Part shown: one piece after another, positions 11,720 through 22,400 of the stretch | Numbering within the stretch: position 1 is the first letter of the stretch | Layout: the number at the start of each line of letters is the position of its first letter | Virus record (IMG/VR): IMGVR_UViG_3300045988_117192 | Span: 23,646-87,645 of that record | Reading direction: 5' to 3' (one strand) | DNA from: a virus | DNA: 64,000 bases | The notes under the pieces: model-generated | Database searches by the model: none | What the model was told of the DNA's origin: nothing | The model's input: the letters and a program-made list of their open reading frames with translations, nothing else | Translations under genes and position numbers: made by a program

Positions 11720-14700
11720 ATGGATGTACAAAGTGTTTTTAACGCAGGTGGTACTGTTATAAAAAATCCAAGTTATACTAAAAAAAATGGTCAACCTGAA
11801 TATATAACTGTAGCTGATTTAAATAATCCTGTAATACCTGAAGGTAGTAAAACAGCTGATATAATGTATCAAGCTGCTGCACAAGGTAATCAAGATATTT
11901 TAGGTCGTAATGGAGAATTAGATAAATATATTGAAAGAGGTATTACACCTACTGATAAAAATATACCAACATTGGATAAAATGTTAGCTGATAGTCAAAG
12001 TGCTATAGCTAAATGGTTTAATGGTTTAAGTCAAGCTGTTGTCAGTGAAGTAGGTTTAGGTACTTTAAAAGGTTTTACTGATCTATTTGATTTTGTTACT
12101 AGTAAAATATTACATTTAACAGAAGATGATTATCAAAATTCTGCTAGTACTGCTATACAAGAATGGCAAGATTATTTTGATAATAATATAGCTCCTATAT
12201 ATAGAGATGAAAGTCTTAATATACAAAATGGAGGTTTCAAAGATGCAGGTTGGTGGGCTAGTAATCTTCCTAGTGTAGCTAGTACTTTAACTTTATTATT
12301 TCCAGCTAAAGGTATTAGTAGTGTAGGTAAATGGATAGGTAAAACTACTAATTTAGGTAAAGCTGCAAGTAAAGCTAGACGATGGGCTACAGGAGTTAAT
12401 GAAATTCAAGATGCTAATAGACTTAATAAATTACAAATAGCATTAAATAATCCTTTAAATATAACTAAAGCTAATAAAGCAGCTGAAAGTATAACTGAAG
12501 GTTTGCTTATGCGTACTATGGAAAATTATCAAGAAGCTAGAGATACAAATATTCAAATGTATCAAGAAGCTTCAGATAAACTTAATAGTATGTCAGATAA
12601 TGATTATAAAGCTTGGATTGAAAAAAATAAAAATATTTTTGATAAAGACCTTGATGTAAATAATAGAGATAAAGTTGCTAAAGCCATTGCTAAAAAAGCT
12701 GCTGATAGAACTTTTAGTATGGACTTTAGTAATGTGATTTTTGATATTATGCAATTACATGGTCTTAAAAATATAGGAAAAGGTGTAAAAGACGCATCAG
12801 GTAGAATTGTAAATGAAGCACAAAAAACTAGTTTAACTGCTGCTAAAGCATTTGCAAAAGGTGGTACAGAAAGTGCTAAAAAAGCAGTTGAAGAAGCTGC
12901 TAAAAAACCTTTATATAAACGATTTGGTCAAGGTATTTTAGACTATGGTAAATATAATGCTAAGACTATATTAGAAGAAGCTACAGAAGGTATAGAAGAA
13001 GCTGTAAACTATATAGCACAACAAGAAGGTCTTACTTATGGTAAAGCTATTCTTGAAGGTAATGCCAAAGATTATAGAGCTACAACAGGTATAAATAGTT
13101 ATTTAACTTTAGGTATTCCTAATATAATATCTACTTGGAGTAATAGACAAGGAGAAATACATGAATATATGAAAACACCAGAACTTCAAGAAAGTGCTTT
13201 TTGGGGTGTTTTAGGTGGTGTTGTATTTCATAATGTAGGTAGTGCTTTAAATAAAGGTAAATTAGCTCTTTATAGAAAAGCTCAAGAAAAAGCTCGTGCT
13301 ACTAATAGTACAACTGGTGAAAGTATTAGTGATGCTAATGGTTGGTTTAATCTTCTCGAACTTCCTGAAGATAAAGCTGCTCGTGTTGCTATAGAAAAAC
13401 GTATAGCTAGACTTGAACAAGTATCTAGTGATTTGAAAAATATTGAAAATGATATTGATATTTTTGGACAAAAAGCTGAAGATGGTACATTACCTAAATT
13501 TGATGGTGATGTAGAAACTAAAAAAGCATTGGCTCGTAGACGTATTGAAGCTGAATTTAAAGCTAATATAGCTATGGATGCCATGAATAGTGGTACTTAT
13601 AAACAATTAATTGATTATTTTAAATCTGATGAAGTTAAACAAGCAATGGTTTCTGCTGGTTTAGCTAAACAAGAAAATATAGATAGTTATACAGAAGAAA
13701 CTGTAAAAGATTTAGAAGATATAAAAAATCTATATGCTAGACAATCTACTCATGTTCTTAATCAAATAGCAGCTTTAAATGCTTCTAAAAAATATGATCA
13801 AACTATTCCTCTAGAATATGCTCAAATTATAGCTAAACGTAATGTAGATAGACTTTTAAATATTAAACAACTTGATAGACAAATTGCTGATGTTGAAAGT
13901 CTTGCAGCAGAACAAGAAGCTATAACTAGAGAAACTAATCCAGATGTATTATTTGATGAGGCTAAAAATACTACAAAATTAGCTTCTTTAATTGATATGT
14001 ATGGTAGACTTACTTATGAAGGTAAAGAAATAGATAAGGCTATAGAAGAACAAGGAGCTAATTATAAATTAGATAGACAAAAAGAAAAAAATAATAGACA
14101 AAAAGAATTTATAATTAATGGAATAAAACAAACAACTTTAGCTGGTAATGATGCTGGATTATCTGCTGTATTTGCGGCTGTAAAATACGGTAGAAGTTAT
14201 CGTAAAGCAGATGATGGTACTTATTATCAAGATAAAAAAGCTTTTGAAGAAACAGATGAACAAATATTAAAGGAGGCTAAATCTATATATGATGATGATA
14301 GTTCAAATTTAAGTGATGATACTATTATACAATCTGCAAAATCTATGTTAAGTAATGTAGATAACATTCTTGGTAAAAAAGGTTTAGCGAATGTTAATAG
14401 TACATTACTTTCACATTATGTAACTATAGGTCAACTTAAACTTCAACAAGATATTGAACGTTCTCAAATATCTAGTACTCAAACTCAAATACAGGATGAT
14501 GTAGATTGGGAACATAATAATCTTAATGAAGCTCGTGCTAAAATGATTGATTTAGCTACATCTACTGTTATTAAAGCACTCAAACAATATGATGGAATCT
14601 TAACTGATAATTATGACAATCTTATAGATACTGTTTATAAGATGTATTCACAAGATAAACAAGAAGCTAGACGTATTGCTGAAAAGTTTATGACAAATGA

Positions 14701-17700
14701 TGGTAGTAAAGGTAATGTAACTGCTTCTGAATTTTTAGATGCTTTAGATGTATTTAATTTTTCTAATAGAACTAATCAAAGTCTTTATGAATATGTTACA
14801 AATATAATTGATATGTATAAAATGAGTCGTAATCAGCAAAGAGCTGAAGACACTCTAGAAGATGAGACAAGTTCTACAGAAAATCAAGAACAGATTACAG
14901 ACACTGAAAATCAAAACTTGAATAATCCACCACAACCAAATAAAGAAAACGACACAGACCAAGCAAATGGGCAAAATCAACCTATAGCACCATCATCAGA
15001 GCAACAAGAAAACCAAAACAAAGGTAAAAAGAGTAATGTTACATTTAATATTAATAATAAAGGTAATATTGTATCTATTAAACATACTGGTAAATCCAAT
15101 TCTTCTACTGCTAAAGTTATAGATAATGGAGATGGAACATATACTCTTGATATTAGTTCTAAACCTAAAAATGCACAACTTAGATATGTTATAGGAGGCT
15201 TATTTGATGGAAGTGTTGATTTAATTGATGTAGATGCTGATTGGGTTATTAGTAAAAATCCTATAGTTAAACGTAAAGGTAATGATTATATTATAATAGA
15301 AAAAGGTAAAATTAGAACTACTAAATATAATAATATAGATGAAGAAGAATATCAATCTTTTAAGGAATTAGTTGACAGTGATGAAAATTTTAAAAATGAT
15401 TTATTAAATAATCCTGATAGTGTTAGAACTACTGTTCTAGAAGTTTTAGATACAACAGATGAAGATAAAGCTAATAGCTATATAGAACGTTATCTTGATG
15501 AAAATAAAGTTGATTCTAACTCCCCCGTAGAAGAAAGTGATGATACTTTTTTAAGTGATGGCCAAGATACTAATCAAAGTACTCAAGGTACTCAAGATAC
15601 TAATCAAGGTACTCAAGAAGGTTCTAATAATCAAACACCACAAAACTCTTCTACGGGGGAGCAAGAGTCTAACTCTAGGATAAGTCCTACTACTACTCCT
15701 GCTACAACTAATGAACCTGGAAGTACAAATACTCCTTCTACTAGTACTACTAATAATAAAACTAATGAAGATTTAGATGAGATTAGAAGAGGTATAGCTC
15801 AAACATTTGGAAAATATATTCCAGATATGAGAGTTAAAGATATAAATTTTGATGAAATTAGTAATAAAGTTGAAAAAGAACTTCTAGATATTAAAGATAG
15901 AGTTGGTTTAAGTGAAGAAGAAATTAAAGTTGAAGTAGCTAGACAAAAGCAAATGTTGAAAGATGCTCATGATAAACTTATGAGTTTACAAAGTAAACTT
16001 GCTCAAAATGGTGCTAATTTAGCTTTTGCTTCTAAACTTGAAGAAGTTGATACTACTGATTTTAGTTTAATGTTTACTAATGCTGTGGAAGCTTTTATGT
16101 CTGAATATAAAAAGATAGTAGTTACACCTACAGTTGATGGTAGACAAGTTGTTAGATTAGAAGATATTTTAAGAATTTGTAATAATGTTTATCCTACATC
16201 TGATATTAGTGTTGCTAAATCGATGTATAATGTTATTTATAATTATCTTAGAAGTCCTATTGGTCAAGCTAAATATTTAACTATTGATTTAAATAATGGT
16301 AATAAAGTATTAGATAATATTACTAAAACTACTGAACAACTTCAAAAAGAAGTTGATGAACAATATGATCCTTTTAGAGTTAATATTAATGATTTTATAG
16401 AACAGGCTTTAATAAGTAATGATGATGTTAAAGATGAATATTTTAAAGCTTTAAATTCATTGAATACAGGTGATGAACTTGATATGCTTGCAACTGATAG
16501 AGAATTAATATTTAGACATGGAAATGTTACTATAGGTAATATGCCTAAACCTAAAATTAAAGGTGATACTTTTATTCAAATAAATGAAGGTTGGATTACC
16601 GATGTTAAATTAGATAATAAAGGTGATGTTGTAAGTTCTCTTAAACCTATATTTGAAGATATATTTTTAACAGATACTAGTGCTCATAAAGCTTTAAGAG
16701 AATTATTAATAAAAAATGCTATACTTGATAGAGGAAGTGAAAATTATAAAACTGAATTTGATAGTTTAGTTAAATCTTTTAGTAATAATTTTGTTATTAA
16801 ACAATTAGTTGAACAAGCTAGAAAAGATAAAGCTAAAGGTGAACATAAAATATTTATTAATGATGCCAGTGGTATAATAGACTATGATAGATTATTAAAT
16901 CATCTTACTAAACTTTGGAATTATACTCAAGCAGGAAATAATGCAAATAGTAAAACCGAAGCTGAAGATAACATTAGAATTAGTTTAAATAGATGGTTTA
17001 ATAATTTATATAAAACTTATAATACTACTTATAATATAACTAAAGATAGTAAAGTCAAAATTACAAAATTAAATGAAGGTCAAATTAATAGAGCTGTAGA
17101 AAAAGATGATTTAAATACTGTAGAAAATTATGATAAATTACCTTTAGTTAGAGATGCTGTAGCAAAAAAATTTAAATGTAAATTAGGTATTGTTGAAACA
17201 AAAGAAACATATATTGATATAGCTGGAGATAATGCTTTTAATGTAAAAAAATGGACAGCTAATAGTACATTAATTGCTGTATTTAGTAAAAATGAATTAC
17301 CTGATTATATTAAAGCTATTGGTGTAAAATTATCTGAAGCTAAAAGTTTAGGTAATAATAGTATAGTAGGTTCTATAGCTAGAGCTTCTATGATACATTT
17401 ACAAGAAACTTTTCAAGAATATATAGATAAAAAAGGTTTTGGTGATATAAATAAAATAGAAGATGTAATAAGAAGTATTATAGCTATTGTAGGTGATGAA
17501 GATAGAATACCTTTATTTAGAGCTATTTCTGGTAAATTTTTTATAGAAGACATAAATGCTCCAAATAGTAATGCTAGAGGTATAAGTATAGTTTATAAAG
17601 GTAATAACAGAGAATTTAGACGTTTTAGAATTTATACTAATAATAAATATAATAATTCTAATTTTGGTTATAAAGATACTAAAACTAATGAAACTAGTTA

Positions 17701-19363
17701 TTTAGGTGATAAAAATAAAAATGATATAGCTTTTAATGCTGCTTTAGCTTTTTCAAGATTTATAGCAGATACTTGTAATATAAATATAAGTCGTAAAGGT
17801 ATTATAAATGATAATACAAAAGCTGATATAAATAAAGGTTTTATTACTAGAAAAGATGGTAAATTTAATATTGATATAATTAATAAAACTAAAAATAGTT
17901 TTAATCAAGAATTTGATAGTTATAATGATTATATTATTAAAGGAAACCTTATAAGAGTTAATACTAAAATAGGTGAAAACGGCAGTAATTTTACAAGAAA
18001 AGGAAATAAACAAACAGCAAATCAAATTTTATATGTATCTTTACCAACAGTAAATGATAATAATAAAAAACTATCTACAACAAATAAAGATATTCAACCC
18101 ACTTCAGATGCTGATACATTCAATAAAGTAAGACAAATTACAGAAACTAATAAAATATCTGTTGGATTAGAAATATTTCAAACTATATTAGGTGATGAAG
18201 CTTATAATCAGTTTAAAGAAATATCTGAAGATTTTAACATATTAAATGATATTCTTCCTAAAAGAATTATGTTTGATGCTAAAATGATAGATAAACAAAC
18301 TGGTAATAAACGTAGTCCTATTATTGTAACTAAAGTAAATAGAATATCTGATGTTTACGATAAAAAACAAAAGAAAATAGTTAGAAAAAATGTACTTTAT
18401 GATGATTATCATAAAAAAGTAAATGGTGAACGTATTACTGCAAATATTCCAGCTTCAGAAGTTATGGTTATCGGTAATTACTTTTTAAATCAAGCTTCTT
18501 CTAATGAATTAAGCAAACGTAAAGAAATTATTAGAAAATTAATTCATGAACAATTACATGTAAATTTTGAAAATAAAGGTATTGTTAGTTTTAAAACTAT
18601 GACCGAAGTTGCTGAAATTTATGAAGAATTTAATAAACATTTAAAAGAAGATTTAAATAATTGTGATAAAAATAGTAATAAATATAAAGTTCTTAAATCT
18701 ATAGATTTTTCTACTACAGGTTATAAAGATGATCGTTTAATAGAAGAATTTATAGTTGAAAGTCTTACTAATCAAACTCTTTTTAAATATCTTAATAGTA
18801 TTCAAGTTGAAGATGGTAAAGATAATAAAAAAGAAGATACTTTATTTACTAAAATCGCAAAAGTTATAGCTAAATTCTTTGGTTGGAATATAGAAGATAA
18901 TTCTCTTTATATGAAAGAACTCAACGTTCTTAGAAATTTAACAAGTCGTAAAGAAGGTGAACCATTAGATAAAAATGATAATATAAAAGAAACAAATGAT
19001 AGTGTTAATAATGAAACTTCTGAAGATAATAAAACTTTAAAAGATAATAAAGATTCAGAAAATAACAAAGATAGTAAAGATGATGAAAATAATGAAGTAG
19101 ATACTAGTGAAGGTTTTGATATAAATTCTATAAACGAAGATTTAGATTTAGATTTAGATGATGATTATGATGAAGATGATGATTATGATGATAATAATAC
19201 TAAAAAAGCTTATGGTGCTACTATTGAAGAAGTTAATGTTGATAATGAAGGTTTTAAACCAATAGTTAATCTTGATGTATTCCAAAGTAGATTACCAAAT
19301 CATTTACAATCTAAATTTAAGCACTTAGCGAGCCAAGGTTGGTTTGAAATTAAGTGCAAGTAG
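11720..19363 (+). CDS. giant virion cargo-like protein (2547 aa) with low-complexity T/Q/N/P linker and C-terminal poly-acidic tract
   Basis: 7.6-kb uninterrupted ORF; internal TNQSTQGTQDTNQGTQ repeat and Pro/Thr/Ser-rich linker (about 15540-15760); DLDLDLDDDYDEDDDYDD tract near the C-terminus (about 19140-19200); immediately upstream of the RNAP-like giant gene. Confidence 0.6.
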   Translation: MDVQSVFNAGGTVIKNPSYTKKNGQPEYITVADLNNPVIPEGSKTADIMYQAAAQGNQDILGRNGELDKYIERGITPTDKNIPTLDKMLADSQSAIAKWFNGLSQAVVSEVGLGTLKGFTDLFDFVTSKILHLTEDDYQNSASTAIQEWQDYFDNNIAPIYRDESLNIQNGGFKDAGWWASNLPSVASTLTLLFPAKGISSVGKWIGKTTNLGKAASKARRWATGVNEIQDANRLNKLQIALNNPLNITKANKAAESITEGLLMRTMENYQEARDTNIQMYQEASDKLNSMSDNDYKAWIEKNKNIFDKDLDVNNRDKVAKAIAKKAADRTFSMDFSNVIFDIMQLHGLKNIGKGVKDASGRIVNEAQKTSLTAAKAFAKGGTESAKKAVEEAAKKPLYKRFGQGILDYGKYNAKTILEEATEGIEEAVNYIAQQEGLTYGKAILEGNAKDYRATTGINSYLTLGIPNIISTWSNRQGEIHEYMKTPELQESAFWGVLGGVVFHNVGSALNKGKLALYRKAQEKARATNSTTGESISDANGWFNLLELPEDKAARVAIEKRIARLEQVSSDLKNIENDIDIFGQKAEDGTLPKFDGDVETKKALARRRIEAEFKANIAMDAMNSGTYKQLIDYFKSDEVKQAMVSAGLAKQENIDSYTEETVKDLEDIKNLYARQSTHVLNQIAALNASKKYDQTIPLEYAQIIAKRNVDRLLNIKQLDRQIADVESLAAEQEAITRETNPDVLFDEAKNTTKLASLIDMYGRLTYEGKEIDKAIEEQGANYKLDRQKEKNNRQKEFIINGIKQTTLAGNDAGLSAVFAAVKYGRSYRKADDGTYYQDKKAFEETDEQILKEAKSIYDDDSSNLSDDTIIQSAKSMLSNVDNILGKKGLANVNSTLLSHYVTIGQLKLQQDIERSQISSTQTQIQDDVDWEHNNLNEARAKMIDLATSTVIKALKQYDGILTDNYDNLIDTVYKMYSQDKQEARRIAEKFMTNDGSKGNVTASEFLDALDVFNFSNRTNQSLYEYVTNIIDMYKMSRNQQRAEDTLEDETSSTENQEQITDTENQNLNNPPQPNKENDTDQANGQNQPIAPSSEQQENQNKGKKSNVTFNINNKGNIVSIKHTGKSNSSTAKVIDNGDGTYTLDISSKPKNAQLRYVIGGLFDGSVDLIDVDADWVISKNPIVKRKGNDYIIIEKGKIRTTKYNNIDEEEYQSFKELVDSDENFKNDLLNNPDSVRTTVLEVLDTTDEDKANSYIERYLDENKVDSNSPVEESDDTFLSDGQDTNQSTQGTQDTNQGTQEGSNNQTPQNSSTGEQESNSRISPTTTPATTNEPGSTNTPSTSTTNNKTNEDLDEIRRGIAQTFGKYIPDMRVKDINFDEISNKVEKELLDIKDRVGLSEEEIKVEVARQKQMLKDAHDKLMSLQSKLAQNGANLAFASKLEEVDTTDFSLMFTNAVEAFMSEYKKIVVTPTVDGRQVVRLEDILRICNNVYPTSDISVAKSMYNVIYNYLRSPIGQAKYLTIDLNNGNKVLDNITKTTEQLQKEVDEQYDPFRVNINDFIEQALISNDDVKDEYFKALNSLNTGDELDMLATDRELIFRHGNVTIGNMPKPKIKGDTFIQINEGWITDVKLDNKGDVVSSLKPIFEDIFLTDTSAHKALRELLIKNAILDRGSENYKTEFDSLVKSFSNNFVIKQLVEQARKDKAKGEHKIFINDASGIIDYDRLLNHLTKLWNYTQAGNNANSKTEAEDNIRISLNRWFNNLYKTYNTTYNITKDSKVKITKLNEGQINRAVEKDDLNTVENYDKLPLVRDAVAKKFKCKLGIVETKETYIDIAGDNAFNVKKWTANSTLIAVFSKNELPDYIKAIGVKLSEAKSLGNNSIVGSIARASMIHLQETFQEYIDKKGFGDINKIEDVIRSIIAIVGDEDRIPLFRAISGKFFIEDINAPNSNARGISIVYKGNNREFRRFRIYTNNKYNNSNFGYKDTKTNETSYLGDKNKNDIAFNAALAFSRFIADTCNINISRKGIINDNTKADINKGFITRKDGKFNIDIINKTKNSFNQEFDSYNDYIIKGNLIRVNTKIGENGSNFTRKGNKQTANQILYVSLPTVNDNNKKLSTTNKDIQPTSDADTFNKVRQITETNKISVGLEIFQTILGDEAYNQFKEISEDFNILNDILPKRIMFDAKMIDKQTGNKRSPIIVTKVNRISDVYDKKQKKIVRKNVLYDDYHKKVNGERITANIPASEVMVIGNYFLNQASSNELSKRKEIIRKLIHEQLHVNFENKGIVSFKTMTEVAEIYEEFNKHLKEDLNNCDKNSNKYKVLKSIDFSTTGYKDDRLIEEFIVESLTNQTLFKYLNSIQVEDGKDNKKEDTLFTKIAKVIAKFFGWNIEDNSLYMKELNVLRNLTSRKEGEPLDKNDNIKETNDSVNNETSEDNKTLKDNKDSENNKDSKDDENNEVDTSEGFDINSINEDLDLDLDDDYDEDDDYDDNNTKKAYGATIEEVNVDNEGFKPIVNLDVFQSRLPNHLQSKFKHLASQGWFEIKCK
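15520..15534 (+). repeat. GC-rich dispersed motif copy inside ORF 11720-19363
   Basis: CTCCCCCGTAGAAGA; encodes NSPVEE; forms a perfect 15-bp inverted pair with the copy at 15647-15661. Confidence 0.8.
15647..15661 (-). repeat. GC-rich dispersed motif copy, reverse orientation, inside ORF 11720-19363
   Basis: TCTTCTACGGGGGAG; encodes SSTGEQ; exact reverse complement of 15520-15534. Confidence 0.8.
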
Positions 19364-19429
19364 AATTATAAAGCTATAAAAATAAAATCGCTTAAAACGA
19401 AAATAAACTTATAATAAAACTTTTAATAT

Positions 19430-22400
19430 ATGAATTGTTTTGCTCGTATATCTAGTTCTAAAACTGGTAATGAACTTAGAAAATTAATTGGTGATAATGA
19501 TGTTCTTTTTACAACTATGCTTCTTGAAGCTTCGGATGTAAATGGTTTTACTGAAGATTTTCAAAAAGTATATAAAGAATCTAATAAGGGTGCTATTGCA
19601 CCTTTATTAGATCCTAAAACTAAACCTCAAGCTTCTAAAATAGCTAAGGCTATTTATAATTATTATTATAAAAAACATCCTAGTATAGATAGTACTGTAA
19701 GAAATCAAGATAGTGATAACAATACTACTCTTTTTGGTTATAGTAGTATTTTTAATAGAGAAAAAGGTAAGGCTCATGTAGCTACTTTTATTCTTGATAC
19801 TTTTAATAATCTTCAAAATAGTGGAGCAGAACTTAAAAAGAATAAATTAGAATATTATCGTAAACAAGCTAAAAAAGCATGGCTTAATATGATATTTGAT
19901 TCTATTTCTAAACGTGATAATAAAAAGGTTGATGATTTAAAAAAAGAATATAAGAATGCTGAAGATAAAGCTTCTTATATAAATGAATTACTTGGAGGTA
20001 ATGAAAAGAATATTACTTATAGTAATTATTATGCTGTATATCAAGAATTATTTGCTTCAGATAAAACATCTCTTAATTATATAAATGAAGTATTTACTAA
20101 TCCTAATTTAGCTGATGTATATCATCAAATTAAAGGAGATTTAGATGAAGAAAATTCTAAATTAGGAGCACAAGGTAATGAAGAATTAAATGGTAAAAAT
20201 CCTGAAGGTTCTGAAGTTAATGACGTAGAATTAGATACTAGTATTACTACTTTAAATAATCATATCGGAGTTTATACTTCCTTTATGACTCATGTAGGTC
20301 CTCGTATTAGAAATTATTTTAATACTTTAAGAAAACTTGCTAGTCCTACTATAGGTGATTTTGATACTAGTAATGATTATGGTATTGCTGAAACTATGGA
20401 TGCTAATGCCTGTTCATCTATGCTTTATAATCAAGCTACATTTCATAATGTAGATGATATGATTAAGAGTATTCAACATATAGGTCAAACTGTTTCAGGT
20501 TTTGAAGCTTTTGTTAAACTAGCTAAAGATCTAGAAGATAATCCAGATTTTGCTACAGAAATGTTTACTGTATTTGCTAAAACTAAAATAGATAAACTTG
20601 AAACTGTAGTTAAAGATGGTATGCCTATTACTAGAATATCTAATGCTTCAGCAACTCCTAGAAATGTATTAGTTTTTGACTTACGTAATGATATTAAAGG
20701 TGTTATTAGAGATAATAATGCTTTTGTTATTGCAAGTTATATTAAAGTATTAGATGATAATACAGACGAAGCTTTAAAGAATATTAAAAAACTTTCTGAT
20801 AAAAATTATTCAGAAAAAGATAAAATTAATTTTAAAAATAAAGCTGATAATACTTTAGGTAAAGCTAAACAAGAAATTATAAGATTAATAAAAACATATT
20901 ATCCTTCTGTTCAAGATGCAGCTATATTATCTTATATAGAAATGAATAATAATGCTGCTGGTAATACTAAAATACAATTAGAAAATATACAAGCTCTTTC
21001 AAAAGATATAAACGATGCTTGTAAAGCTACTGATAGAAGTTATAATGCTTTACAACAGATGACTATACGAGCTGCTAAAATTAAAGAAAATAATGATAAT
21101 TTGGATAAAGCTCGTAAAAGAGGTGAAATAATTGATTTTAACGAATATCAAAACGAAAAGAGCGTATATTCTGATGATTTTATTGAACCTCAAGATGCTA
21201 GTATTCAAAAAATAGTAAACAAATTATTACCTTATAGTATTATTAATACACAACTTAATTCTCGTAATATTCATGGTAATAATACTTCTAACATTATCAA
21301 TAATAGTTTAATTACTCAAATTGATAAAATGTTAAAAGATAATTATGAAGAAAGAGTATATGATGCTAATGGAAAATTTCTTTATACTAGAATACGTAAT
21401 AAAACATTAGAGGCTTGGGGTCTTGAAAAACTTAGAAGTAAACAATATAAATATAGTAATATTCTATTAGAACAAACTGATGAAAATGGTAAAGTTTTAA
21501 ATAGAGGTATTTTTAAATATGTAAATGGTCAATTAGTTATATCTGAAAATGCAGAAAATCTTATTAAATTAAGATTATTTGATGGTGCTGGAAATATGGA
21601 TAATAATACTAATCTTTCTTATTCTGAAATGACTAGTGGTGATTATCTTCCAACAGATTTTATTAATTTCTTTAATACTAAAACTAATGAAATCAAAGAT
21701 GTTGCTAATTATTTTCTTCGTACACCATCTGATGCTCCTAAAACTTTTACTATAAGAGCACCTAAATATAATACTCATGATTTATTTACTGTAGAAGATA
21801 AAGAAAGTTTTAATGATACAATAAATGATATAGTTAAAACTCATGCTAATGTATTAACTGCTGAAGATTATAATAATAAATATCGTCCCGATTCTAAGAA
21901 TTTTTATTTTTCTAAACTTCAAACTTATAATATAGAAAATTATTTAACTCCAACAGAAAATACAACTATTCCTATAACAGATGTACGTTCTATTAAAAAA
22001 ATAGAAGGTACTGAAAAAGAAGATGGTAGTTATGAAGCTTATGTTACTTATGGTGATGACAAAACAGGTGACATAGTAGTTGTAAAAGGTACTATTGAAA
22101 AAACTAAATCACAAAAAGGTTATCATCTTATAAATGTTTCTTATGAGGGTACCTTTAATAACACAAAAAATTATGAAAATGGTATTCCTACTAATGTAAG
22201 TAGTTATTTAACTAAATATTATCATACTGAATTATTAAAACATGATATTACTATAAATGATAAAACATGGACTAAAGCTGAACAAATAGTAAATGTCAAT
22301 CATCCTGTTTATAAAATGATTAAAAATCAATTTAAACAAGAAATGCTTGATGCTGCTGTAGCTTTGTCTCATTATTTTAATTTTAGACAAGATGAAGATG

